A DNA stretch of 64,000 nt from a virus (lineage: Duplodnaviria > Caudoviricetes), in the IMG/VR virus record IMGVR_UViG_2974649007_000001, positions 1 through 64,000 of that record; one strand, given 5' to 3'. Shown here one piece after another: positions 28,927 to 37,629 of the stretch. The notes beneath the pieces were generated by a model. It ran no database searches, was not told the DNA's origin, and worked only from the letters and a program-made list of their open reading frames with translations. Position 1 is the stretch's first letter. Every line of letters starts with the position of its first letter. The position numbers were made by a program, and so were the translations under genes.

Positions 28927-29233
28927 TCCGATCTACGGTGAAGTGCTTCTAAGCATTCGCATTATGCTCCACGTTATTACTTTTCTGTCCGTGCTCTCGT
29001 ACTCGAGCGGGAGCCGGACACGCTGGTTCTCCAGCGTATTGGCCTTCGCGTTGGCGGGGTCATCGCTGGCGCTGGCCATGCAGTCCTACACCCGTTTTAC
29101 CGAGATCGCACCCAACTCCGAAGTCTGGCTGGTTATATTCGTAGCGGTCGTAACCATCCTCGTGGTCGCCAACGGCGGCAACGTCGCAAAAGTCCTTCAC
29201 AACACCCGAAAGAGACTACCCTATGGACGCTAA
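28913..29233 (+). CDS. Second holin-like/antiholin membrane protein (DUF754-like)
   Basis: Three hydrophobic segments and ANGGNVAKV near the C-terminus. Lies between holin and endolysin. Confidence 0.65.
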   Translation: MMGNDPIYGEVLLSIRIMLHVITFLSVLSYSSGSRTRWFSSVLAFALAGSSLALAMQSYTRFTEIAPNSEVWLVIFVAVVTILVVANGGNVAKVLHNTRKRLPYGR

Positions 29234-29765
29234 AACCTTGGCACTGGCTGCAGGGATTCCATTGGCACGCGCGCAGGTGTGGGTTGAGCCGATCAATGAA
29301 GCAATCAAGTACGCCGACATCACCCTGGCACGCTCGATTGCTTCGTTCATTGCACAGACCGGCCACGAGAGCCTGGGCTTCGGCCTGACCAAGGAACTGG
29401 GCAGCAACAAGTACCTGGCCAAGTACGACACCGGGCGCCTGGCTGAACGCCTGGGCAACACCCCGGAAGCTGATGGTGATGGACAGCTGTACGCCGGCCG
29501 TGGGCTGATCCAGGTCACCGGCAAGCGCAACTACAAGCTGTGCAGCCTGGCACTGTTCGGCGACGAGCGTCTGCTCGAGCACCCGGAGATCCTCGAGGAG
29601 CCGAAGTACGCAGCGCTGTCCGCAGCCTGGTACTGGAAGCTGAACAACCTGAACCGGCTGTCCAATGACATCATGGCTCAGACCAAGGCAATCAACGGGG
29701 GCTACAATGGCCTCGAAGATCGCAAGGCACGTATGAGCGTTGCGCTCAAAGCACTTGGTGGCTGA
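29223..29765 (+). CDS. Endolysin, glycoside hydrolase family 19
   Basis: FIAQTGHES, YAGRGLIQVTGKRNY, SAAWYW, INGGYNGLEDR. Confidence 0.92.
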   Translation: MDAKTLALAAGIPLARAQVWVEPINEAIKYADITLARSIASFIAQTGHESLGFGLTKELGSNKYLAKYDTGRLAERLGNTPEADGDGQLYAGRGLIQVTGKRNYKLCSLALFGDERLLEHPEILEEPKYAALSAAWYWKLNNLNRLSNDIMAQTKAINGGYNGLEDRKARMSVALKALGG

Positions 29766-30298
29766 TGTTTGACCTTAAAGTCCTGATCATTGCCGTCGCC
29801 GCCGCCCTATTGGGCGGCGCTGCCGTTGGTGCCTGGCTTGCCTGGGACATCCGCGACACACGCGCAACAGTACAGCTGCTCGAGCTGAAGGACACCTTCG
29901 AGCAGGCCGTGGCTGCGGCCAAAGAAGACAACCTGGTGGTGGAGCGTGACCTCCAGCTGCAGGTCAATGAGCTGAGCAAGAAGGGTAAAGAAAATGACGC
30001 GACAATCGACGCTAACGCGGCTGCTGTTACTGACTCTATTGGCGGGTTGCTGCAGGCAGTTGCCGCAGGTCTCGGTCCCGCCACCTGTGATCCCGGAGTT
30101 GCCCGCCGAGGCGCGTCAGCGACCCGCGCAGCCGCTTTGTATTCCGAGCTGCTTGCTGAATCTCAACACATGGCAAAAGGGCTGGCGGAAGAAGCTGACC
30201 GATCCCGAAGTGCCGGTGCCGCTTGTGAAGTAGCGTATGACCTGGTGCGAAAAGGGATTGGTGGTCTTGCGAAAGGACCGGCACTAACCGGCAAGTGA
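29765..30298 (+). CDS. Inner-membrane spanin (Rz-like)
   Basis: N-terminal TM helix, periplasmic coiled coil, AGAACEVAYD end (DUF2514-like). Confidence 0.8.
   Translation: MFDLKVLIIAVAAALLGGAAVGAWLAWDIRDTRATVQLLELKDTFEQAVAAAKEDNLVVERDLQLQVNELSKKGKENDATIDANAAAVTDSIGGLLQAVAAGLGPATCDPGVARRGASATRAAALYSELLAESQHMAKGLAEEADRSRSAGAACEVAYDLVRKGIGGLAKGPALTGK
29994..30233 (+). CDS. Outer-membrane spanin (Rz1-like lipoprotein) embedded in Rz
   Basis: +1-frame ORF with signal peptide, lipobox LLAG-C and a Pro-rich mature part. Confidence 0.75.
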   Translation: MTRQSTLTRLLLLTLLAGCCRQLPQVSVPPPVIPELPAEARQRPAQPLCIPSCLLNLNTWQKGWRKKLTDPEVPVPLVK

Positions 30299-30347
30299 AG
30301 GGTTGGTGTATATTGCGGGCAGGATAGCTATTTCACAGGGAGCATGT

Positions 30348-30656
30348 ATGCAGATCAACCGCGGCGACTCGTTCATGCTTCCGCTGCAGGTCTTCGTCGA
30401 TGGCCAGGCACAGGACTGCACGCTGTGGCGTGTGTTTGCCTCCTATGGCAGCCCGACTGAGCGCCTTGGCGACTTCGATGTAATCTGGCAGAACCGTGTC
30501 GCGGGCGAGTTCTTCCTCGATGCTGACACCAGTGCCTGGCCTCTGGGCACCATGCACTTCGACATCACCTACGTCACTGACGCCGGCCAGGAGATCACCA
30601 CGCAGCGTGTCGAGTTCAAGGTGCTCAAGCGCCTGACTCCGGTGCCGCTGCCATGA
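30348..30656 (+). CDS. BppU-N-like small structural protein
   Basis: MQINRGDSF start and W...HFDITY...TQRVEFKV pattern. SD gggag. Confidence 0.5.
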   Translation: MQINRGDSFMLPLQVFVDGQAQDCTLWRVFASYGSPTERLGDFDVIWQNRVAGEFFLDADTSAWPLGTMHFDITYVTDAGQEITTQRVEFKVLKRLTPVPLP

Positions 30657-30949
30657 TCGTCGCAAGCCACACGCCTCAAGGCGTCATCACCACGCAGATC
30701 ACCCTGAAGGATTCCTGCACGCTGACTGTGACCACCGAAGGTGTGTCCACGGCCAGCATGCCCGCGTTCAAGGTCGACACCAAAGAGGTGGCCTTGCGTG
30801 GCGCACCTGGTGCGTCGGCTGAGAAGGCGCAGATCAGCGACGATGCAGATAACAGGCTGACGCTGGGATCTGACCAGAAGCTGTACGTTGCAGACACATT
30901 CATCCCTGATCCACTGGCCTACTACTTGCTCGAGCGAGGAAACATCTAA
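30653..30949 (+). CDS. Hypothetical fibre-cassette protein
   Basis: ISDDADNRLTLGSDQKLYV and DPLAYY motifs. Coupled to both neighbours. Confidence 0.5.
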   Translation: MIVASHTPQGVITTQITLKDSCTLTVTTEGVSTASMPAFKVDTKEVALRGAPGASAEKAQISDDADNRLTLGSDQKLYVADTFIPDPLAYYLLERGNI

Positions 30950-31443
30950 TGTCCCAAGAACTGAAACTCATTGCGCTCGCGCAAGCCATTGCCGGTGACG
31001 TCAAGACGCTGACCAACCGGATCGGCGACCTGACCTCCCTGCCTACCACGGCCAAGGGCAACATCGTTGCTGCCATCCAGGAAATCTACACCCTGATGGG
31101 CCAGGCAGGCGCCGTGATCGACGACGCAGCCGGTAACGGCGCCACGTCCGTCACCTGGTCGGCTGACAAGATCTACGACATGATCGAGCTGGCCAAGGCG
31201 GCTGTGAAGACCGATCTGCTCGGCGGTGCCACTGCGGCCTTCGATACCCTGAAGGAACTGCAGGACCTGATCACCAACGACGAGAGCATCGTCTCTGCCC
31301 TGGCCACCAAGGTTGGCGAGAAGGTCAGCTTCGCCGAAGCCCAGACCCTCACCAGCGGCCAACGGCTGCAGGCTTGCCAGAACATCGGCATCGGTGATCC
31401 TGAATCCGACCTGGTAGCGGCCTACAACGCAGCGAAGGTGTAA
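30949..31443 (+). CDS. Fibre/head-fibre-like structural protein
   Basis: LAQAIAGDVK start, LPTTAKGNIVAAI, FDTLKEL, QACQNIG. Strong codon bias. Confidence 0.55.
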   Translation: MSQELKLIALAQAIAGDVKTLTNRIGDLTSLPTTAKGNIVAAIQEIYTLMGQAGAVIDDAAGNGATSVTWSADKIYDMIELAKAAVKTDLLGGATAAFDTLKELQDLITNDESIVSALATKVGEKVSFAEAQTLTSGQRLQACQNIGIGDPESDLVAAYNAAKV

Positions 31444-31446
31444 TCA

Positions 31447-32934
31447 ATGAGCCTGATCACGAAGCTGACCAGCCTCGCTCAGGCCATCGCGGCTGACATC
31501 AAGGCGCTGTACACGGGCAAGGCTGACGTTTCAGCGCTGTCCGAGTACCGGACTATCCTGGATACGCGGTTCACCAAGGTGACCACGCAGACAGCCTATG
31601 TGCCGGTGGTGGACAGCCTCGATTACGGCGTGCGCTTCGACTACACACTGTATCCTGACGGCCCTTCGGAGGCTGTGTCGCCGGCTATCCTGACCACGTT
31701 CACAGCCAACGTGAGCAACGGCGCGCTGGTAGGCCAGGCACACGGCATCGGCCACCTGGACATGTACAACATCATCGGCGGTGGCGTCGTCAACTTGATC
31801 TTCGGCAAGGAGACGCGGATCGCGCTGCAGGGCGGAGCGCACCTCGAGGAGTTCCTGCTGCACAAGTGGGTGCTGGAGCCGAACGCCACCAACAACGGCA
31901 CCATTGGCACCATCACGCTGGACGGCCTGGACGACATGAGTTCCAGTGCGCCCTACGTCGCCAAGTTCCGCAAGCTCTACGCGGACCCGCGCTTTATCGA
32001 ATACAACGCGGGTGGCCACGTCATCTCCCCGGGCATCATCGACGGTAACGTCACGCTCGAGGATCGTCACAGCGGCAAGGTCGTCTACCTGAACAGCTTC
32101 AGTGACGTCACCGTGACTATCGGCACCGTGACCGACGGCTTCAGGGTGAAGATCGTGCAGGGCACCCTCGGCGGGCGGATCACCATCGCACCAGGAGCTC
32201 GCACCGCGCTGGCCGGAATCACGCGCATGCAGACGCAGGCAGCGTTCGACAACGTCGAGGTGTTGGCTGCGGGCGGGAGCTTCCTGATGATGGAGTGGCC
32301 ACTGTCGGTCAAGCCAATCGTCAGCGTCGACACCACCACAGCGCGCACGCTGACGGCGAACGACGGCTACGTGCAGATGAACAACGCTGCAGCCTCCGTC
32401 GTGACCGTGCCGCCTCAATCGACGGCTGCCTGGCCAGACGACGCCGAGGTCCTTATCGAGCAGGCAGGCGCGGGCGCTGTGACCATCGCGGCAGGCGCGG
32501 GCGTGACAATCAACACGCCGACCACGCTGAAGGTGCCAGGCCGGTACGGCGCTGTGATGCTCAAGCGCACGGCCCTGAACACCTGGACGCTGCGAAACGC
32601 CAAGGCAATGATCTTCGACGACCTGGTGGTTAACGGTGCAACCACAGGCACGCAGTCGCTGAACGTGGGTGCAGCGCAGGTCTTCAACCTGACCTTGTCG
32701 GGTAACACCACGATCAACTTCACGAACGTACCAGTGCCTGTTGGCCAGAGCTATAGCTGGTTGGTGCGGGTCACTCAAGGTGGCACAGCCCGCACGCTTA
32801 CCATTAACGGCGTCACCTGGCTGACGTCGGGCGGCACCTACCCAGGCGCGCCTGCGGCCAACAAAATCATTGAGTACATCTTCAGCACCGAAAACGGCAC
32901 CACGATCCTCGGCAGGAAGGGGGCGTTCACTTGA
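31447..32934 (+). CDS. Tail/head fibre protein
   Basis: Shares the LAQAIA.D.K.L N-terminus with the upstream gene. Two tandem beta-sandwich modules plus a C-terminal fibre-tip module. Confidence 0.6.
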   Translation: MSLITKLTSLAQAIAADIKALYTGKADVSALSEYRTILDTRFTKVTTQTAYVPVVDSLDYGVRFDYTLYPDGPSEAVSPAILTTFTANVSNGALVGQAHGIGHLDMYNIIGGGVVNLIFGKETRIALQGGAHLEEFLLHKWVLEPNATNNGTIGTITLDGLDDMSSSAPYVAKFRKLYADPRFIEYNAGGHVISPGIIDGNVTLEDRHSGKVVYLNSFSDVTVTIGTVTDGFRVKIVQGTLGGRITIAPGARTALAGITRMQTQAAFDNVEVLAAGGSFLMMEWPLSVKPIVSVDTTTARTLTANDGYVQMNNAAASVVTVPPQSTAAWPDDAEVLIEQAGAGAVTIAAGAGVTINTPTTLKVPGRYGAVMLKRTALNTWTLRNAKAMIFDDLVVNGATTGTQSLNVGAAQVFNLTLSGNTTINFTNVPVPVGQSYSWLVRVTQGGTARTLTINGVTWLTSGGTYPGAPAANKIIEYIFSTENGTTILGRKGAFT

Positions 32935-33584
32935 ACCTGGCCATGCTGTGTATGACTATCCCTCCGGTGGTGACCGTAGCTCCACCGGCGATCGGCGCTG
33001 CCTACGAGGGTGGCTTCTACTATGGCCAGATCACCATCGACGGCGTGATCTACAACCTCGTGCTGTCGCCTCGAGCATCCGGTGAGGTGCCGGCCAGTGT
33101 GTACAAGAACGACGCCCTCGGCTTCTCGGGCAACACGTCTCTTAACGACGGTAAACTTATCCAGGAGAACATGGTTGCGGCTGGCATCTCCAACTTCCCG
33201 GCGCAAGAGGCTGTGATGGCGATGACGATTGGAGGGTTCAACGACTGGTACATCCCGTCGAAGCTCGAGCTTGAGATCGTCTACCGTAACCTGAAGCCTA
33301 ACGCCACACGGAACGTGAACTCGTCTGGCGCCAACGCTTACGCTGTGCCTCCTACGTCGAACTATGTGGCAGGTAACCCGTCAAGGACGACGCTGTCGGA
33401 CTTCAGGTCTACCGGCACCAACAACATGACGACTGACTATTACTACTCGGCTACCCAAGGCCCAAGCGGCGCGCTGTGGGTACATTCCAAACGGTTCACC
33501 ACCGGCGCCGACGCACAAGACAAGGCTGAGTTCGACTACCCCGTCAGGGCGATCCGAAGGGTGTCCACGATTATTGCTACATAG
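32931..33584 (+). CDS. DUF1566/Lcl-like (C-type lectin-fold) protein, intact paralogue
   Basis: GGFNDWYIPSKLELE and YPVRAIRR motifs. TTG start overlaps the fibre stop; ATG 32943 is an alternative. Confidence 0.6.
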   Translation: MNLAMLCMTIPPVVTVAPPAIGAAYEGGFYYGQITIDGVIYNLVLSPRASGEVPASVYKNDALGFSGNTSLNDGKLIQENMVAAGISNFPAQEAVMAMTIGGFNDWYIPSKLELEIVYRNLKPNATRNVNSSGANAYAVPPTSNYVAGNPSRTTLSDFRSTGTNNMTTDYYYSATQGPSGALWVHSKRFTTGADAQDKAEFDYPVRAIRRVSTIIAT

Positions 33585-33616
33585 GGGATTTGTTGCGGTA
33601 CAAGAGGGAGTGGGGG

Positions 33617-33642
33617 AAGGGGCAGCGATCGCTGCCCCTTTT
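33617..33642. terminator. Terminator at the convergence of the two arms
   Basis: Perfect palindrome aaggggcagcgatcgctgcccctt followed by TT, between convergent genes. Confidence 0.75.
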
Positions 33643-33646
33643 GCTG

Positions 33647-33925
33647 TCAGCCGTGTGTCCAACGGAACCGGCCGAAAACATAGCTGCCGTCGAGCAGCTC
33701 GTACCGCATGGCGCGGGTCTTGTCAGAGATGTGCGCCGTGCGTTTTACCTGGACGACCTCGTCCTTGTTGCTGATGGCCGCGTCCGGCCACTCAGGGTGA
33801 TGGATCGCAGTGCCCGTCGGCATCTGGATCATGATGTCGCTGCCCACCGGAGCCAGGCTGCCTGGATCGTTCCAGGCGGTGCTGTCGTCCGTGTAGTCAG
33901 CCGGGTTGTGGACGACCTGCTTCAT
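33647..33925 (-). CDS. Hypothetical protein
   Basis: 92 aa, coupled to the upstream gene, coding-like bias. Confidence 0.6.
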   Translation of the reverse strand: MKQVVHNPADYTDDSTAWNDPGSLAPVGSDIMIQMPTGTAIHHPEWPDAAISNKDEVVQVKRTAHISDKTRAMRYELLDGSYVFGRFRWTHG

Positions 33926-34419
33926 CCCCGTGGACCCATGGCAGCCGGCGGCACGGAGATCGAAGCGACTTGATGCAGCTCCAGTTGCTTGCGCGCCACC
34001 GTAAACTGGATGCCGCCGCGTTCGTCGAAGCCATACTCACCGCCGACCGAGCCCATGTGCTTCAGGGCACGAACGATGGAAGCCTCGGCACCTGGTGCGA
34101 CGTGGACGAAGCCGGTGGGCCCGCCCTCTTCCCGCGAAGCATAGTCAGTGCCGGTGAACACCACTTCAGGGAAGTAGTCGTGCATGTCGAAGTCGCCTCC
34201 GGACGTGGCCAGGTCCGCGATCTCTTCCGCAATCAACGCTGCCACCAGGGACTTCACCATCAGCTTGCCCTTCTCGCTGCGCACGGTGCGCAGCGCCTGG
34301 TGGGCGGCGTCCAGGAAGTCACCCTCCTGGTCAGCCTTGATCAAGGACTCGAGCCCTTTCATGCGCTCGACCAGGCTGGTGAGGCGGCGTCGTTCTTCGT
34401 CAAGTTCAGGCAGTTTCAT
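33922..34419 (-). CDS. Hypothetical protein
   Basis: ATG 34419 after SD gagga. Helical N-terminus. Confidence 0.6.
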   Translation of the reverse strand: MKLPELDEERRRLTSLVERMKGLESLIKADQEGDFLDAAHQALRTVRSEKGKLMVKSLVAALIAEEIADLATSGGDFDMHDYFPEVVFTGTDYASREEGGPTGFVHVAPGAEASIVRALKHMGSVGGEYGFDERGGIQFTVARKQLELHQVASISVPPAAMGPRG

Positions 34420-34672
34420 CGGCTTGCTCCTCGGTGGGTAGTTCATCGTCGTTGTTGATCAGCACTTCAAAGTCCATGACGACACGGTCGCCCTGCTCCA
34501 CGGTCAGTACGCCGCGGGGGCCAGGCATGTCGAACACCGTCTCCGCGCCTTCCTCGGTCAGCTTACCGCTGACCACGCGCTCATGCCCACCAGGGGAGGT
34601 GAACTTGACTTCGGCGCCTGAGATCAGGCCACCGACTTCGCTGAACAGCCTGGTGATTCGTATACGCCACAT
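34406..34672 (-). CDS. Hypothetical protein
   Basis: ATG 34672 after SD gagga. Confidence 0.55.
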   Translation of the reverse strand: MWRIRITRLFSEVGGLISGAEVKFTSPGGHERVVSGKLTEEGAETVFDMPGPRGVLTVEQGDRVVMDFEVLINNDDELPTEEQADETA

Positions 34673-34674
34673 GC

Positions 34675-34917
34675 TCAGTCCTCGCATTTTACGTGGTAGA
34701 TGGTTTCGTTGCGGTCGCGGTAGGCCTTAGCCTGTGCTGAGAGCTCAGCCTGGATCTCGCTGCGCGTCTTCACCGAGCCGTCGGCGTTGGTGTTGAAGGG
34801 GTTAAGCGTCTGCATGAACTCCTTCGTCCGGGTGCATTTTTTGCCGCACTTTCCGCACGGCGCCGTGGTTTTGTTGGTCAGCTTGACCACTTCAAAGGTG
34901 CATCGGGTGGTACGCAT
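34675..34917 (-). CDS. Small Zn-binding hypothetical protein
   Basis: CGKC...QTLNPFN...HVKC. Confidence 0.55.
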   Translation of the reverse strand: MRTTRCTFEVVKLTNKTTAPCGKCGKKCTRTKEFMQTLNPFNTNADGSVKTRSEIQAELSAQAKAYRDRNETIYHVKCED

Positions 34918-34918
34918 G

Positions 34919-37204
34919 TTAAACCCCCACGTTGATGATGTTTTCGGCCAACGCCTGGTCGGTTTCGCGGTGAGTGATCAGCAGCACCTGCTTGGCGCTG
35001 CCAGCAATCATCGCAGCCAACGACGCGGCGTTGTGTTCACGGCACGATTCAGTCGGCTCGTCGAAGCTGAGCAGGCTGTCCTTGCCGTACAGGGCACGGG
35101 CCAGGCCCACACGCAGCGACACACCGATCATGGCCTTCTGGGCGCCGGAAGCGGACGCTGTAGGTGCCAACGTGCCGTCTTCCACGTAGAAGAACTCACC
35201 TTCATCGTTGCTGATGGCGGTGATGGTGTCCTTCGACGCTGTGCGAACCAGCTTGCTCGAGACGCCCATGATGGTGTCCCACACTTCCTTCAGGTAAGCC
35301 TGGCGGCGATCGCGCAGGAACTGAACCAGGCGGCTGTACTTTTTGGCCGTGGTCAGGAACTCCAGCGCCTTCACAGCCGCTTCCTTGTGCTGCTGGCACT
35401 TGCCTTCAGCGTTGGCCAGGGCCTGCTCGGCAAACTTCAGCGCCGACTTGGCTTCGGTGACCGCGAAGGTCAGCCGCTGCTTCTCGCTGTTGAAGTTGGT
35501 CTGGGCCAGTTGGAAGTCGGCCTCGGCCTTGACGGCTGCAGCCAGCTCTTCATCAGTCGGTGGCTCAGGCAGGGCCTCCAGGTCAGCGTTGAACCGCTCC
35601 AGGTCCTGCTGGGCCATCAGCAGCTCCTCTTCAGCGGTGTTCAGCGCGCGGCGATCGGCAGCCAGCTGCTCGTTGGCTGCGTTGACACCCTTGATCTTGG
35701 CCTGCAGCTCGGCGTATGCCTCACGGCTGGCTGTCAGCTTCTCAGTGGCCTCGTCCAGCTCGGACTGGATCACAGCCGCACCGCGCAGGGCAGCCAGGGC
35801 AGCGGTGTTCTCCTTGAGGCCCTCAGCTGCACTGTCAACGGCTGCGGCAGCCTTGTTGTAGGCAGCCAGTTTGTCCTGCAGCGCAGTGCGGCGGGTCTTG
35901 CTGGCGTTGATTTTCTCCTGCAGCTCCACCACTGATGCCTTGCGATTTTCCCTGTAGACGCGAGCCTCTTCAGCCTCGGCAGCCAGCTTGACCGGATCGT
36001 GGTCTTCCTTGGCGCGATTGCAGGTTGGGCACACGGCACCATCGGACAGCATGACCAGGTTGTCGTAAGCCGCCTTGGCCTTGCCGACTTCTTCCTGGCG
36101 CGCTGCCAGGTCGGTTTCGGCGGCTGGGATGGCCTTGTCGAGCAGTGTGATCTCGGCCTGCAGCTCGTCTTCATCGAACTCGGCCCAGTTAGCCACGAAC
36201 TCGACCTGGCGGGTGTTCAGCGTCAGATCCGACTCGTCGGTGTCCTGCTGCACAGCCTTGCGGTGGTCGGCTTCTTGCTGCAGCTGCTTCTCAACCGTTG
36301 CCAGGCTGATGCCCATGGCCTTGGCTTCGTCCAGCTCTTCACGCAGGGCGTCGGCGTCCTGCTCCTTCTTGCCTTCCACTCGAGCAGCCGCTTCAGCCAC
36401 TCGCTTGGTGCCGTTGGCGACCTGCACCTCGGCCACTTCGATCTTGTTGGACAGGGTGTCGACGTCGCGGATCGCTTGGCGCATTGCGTCGGTCGAAGGC
36501 GGCTTCTCCAGGGTGAATTCGCCGTGGCCGTTCAGATCTACCTCCGCGGCCTCGACGTTGAAGCTGGCCAACTGGCGCGCTTCGCTGGCTGCCTGCTGCT
36601 CGGCACCGGCCTGGGCGATGTACTCCTCGCTCACGGTGTTGGCATCGGCGTAGCTGGTGTTCTGCACAGCCATGCGCTGCGCCTCGGCCTGCACCTTGTC
36701 GATCAGGTCGACACCGGCGAACTCTTCGACCTTGCGGTTCAGCGCTGCGGCGCCGAAGTCCAGGATGCCGGCCGACGAACCTTGCTTCGACTGCACGAAC
36801 AGGTTCCAGTCCTTGGCGCTCAGGCCAAGCAGCTGCTCAACCATGGCGGTGACCGGGGTGCTGCCGTTGGCAACGATCTCCGGCTCCTTGATCTCGCCGA
36901 CCTGAACGAGCCAGTTGCGGATCAGCTTGGCGGTGGTGCCGGTGCGGGTCAGCTCGTAGAACTCGTTGCCCGGTGCCAACTTGAAGCGCAGCACCAGGCT
37001 GAACTTGGTCTGGCCCCAGGTGGGGATGTTTTCTTTCTTGCCAGGCACGACGGTGACGCCGAACAGCGCGGCTTCAATGGCCTGCAGCGTGGTCGACTTG
37101 CCCTGTGCGTTGTCACCGGCGATGACGTTCAGGCCTTTGGTGAATTCACAGCTGAAGTTGCCCAACTTCTTGAAGTTGGTGGTAACGAGAGAGAGCAGTT
37201 CCAT
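34919..37204 (-). CDS. SbcC/Rad50-like ATPase
   Basis: Walker A GDNAQGKST, Q-loop FVQSKQG, zinc hook CPTC in the coiled coil, signature SGAQ, Walker B SFDEPT, ITH. Confidence 0.9.
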   Translation of the reverse strand: MELLSLVTTNFKKLGNFSCEFTKGLNVIAGDNAQGKSTTLQAIEAALFGVTVVPGKKENIPTWGQTKFSLVLRFKLAPGNEFYELTRTGTTAKLIRNWLVQVGEIKEPEIVANGSTPVTAMVEQLLGLSAKDWNLFVQSKQGSSAGILDFGAAALNRKVEEFAGVDLIDKVQAEAQRMAVQNTSYADANTVSEEYIAQAGAEQQAASEARQLASFNVEAAEVDLNGHGEFTLEKPPSTDAMRQAIRDVDTLSNKIEVAEVQVANGTKRVAEAAARVEGKKEQDADALREELDEAKAMGISLATVEKQLQQEADHRKAVQQDTDESDLTLNTRQVEFVANWAEFDEDELQAEITLLDKAIPAAETDLAARQEEVGKAKAAYDNLVMLSDGAVCPTCNRAKEDHDPVKLAAEAEEARVYRENRKASVVELQEKINASKTRRTALQDKLAAYNKAAAAVDSAAEGLKENTAALAALRGAAVIQSELDEATEKLTASREAYAELQAKIKGVNAANEQLAADRRALNTAEEELLMAQQDLERFNADLEALPEPPTDEELAAAVKAEADFQLAQTNFNSEKQRLTFAVTEAKSALKFAEQALANAEGKCQQHKEAAVKALEFLTTAKKYSRLVQFLRDRRQAYLKEVWDTIMGVSSKLVRTASKDTITAISNDEGEFFYVEDGTLAPTASASGAQKAMIGVSLRVGLARALYGKDSLLSFDEPTESCREHNAASLAAMIAGSAKQVLLITHRETDQALAENIINVGV

Positions 37205-37217
37205 GGAAACTCCTAGA

Positions 37218-37243
37218 GAAACGTCGCTAAACAGCGAGGTTAC
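37218..37243. promoter_or_regulatory. Operator-like pseudo-palindrome gaaacgtcgcta-aa-cagcgaggttac
   Basis: Member of the repeated family. Lies immediately upstream of the SbcC-like gene's SD. Confidence 0.55.
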
Positions 37244-37629
37244 ATTGATTTGATGGCTAAGGAAACCGCCAGCGATAACCTGCTGGCGTTGAGGTTTACT
37301 TCACGAGGCATGCAGAACTCGTGGTACAGCCACTCGATGTGGCGATCCACCTGCGCAGGGCTGGCAGCTGTGTTGACCATGTAGTACCGACGCTGCGACT
37401 CAGCCTTGGCCCTGGCCACCTCCGGGTCGGGGTAGAACAGGTTCGTCGGGCGCAACTGGTACAGCATCGCCGCCATCTTTTCTTCGGTGTAGCCGGGACG
37501 CGCAAAGGCGTCCCTGATGCGATCCATCCGGGTTGGGTTGCTCAAATTCAGCAACCGTTCGGGGAACGGTGTCAGTCGCTCCCCACACCACTCGGTCAGC
37601 CCGATGCCGGTGGTCTTGTGGATGATCAC
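37240..37629 (-). CDS. Hypothetical protein
   Basis: 129 aa, coupled to the upstream gene. Confidence 0.55.
   Translation of the reverse strand: MIIHKTTGIGLTEWCGERLTPFPERLLNLSNPTRMDRIRDAFARPGYTEEKMAAMLYQLRPTNLFYPDPEVARAKAESQRRYYMVNTAASPAQVDRHIEWLYHEFCMPREVNLNASRLSLAVSLAIKSM

Noticed and set aside
28261-33584. Possible diversity-generating retroelement (VR/TR pair) given two DUF1566-like copies
   Set aside because: The copies differ throughout, including synonymous non-adenine positions, rather than only at adenines. No reverse transcriptase or near-identical template repeat is present in the window.
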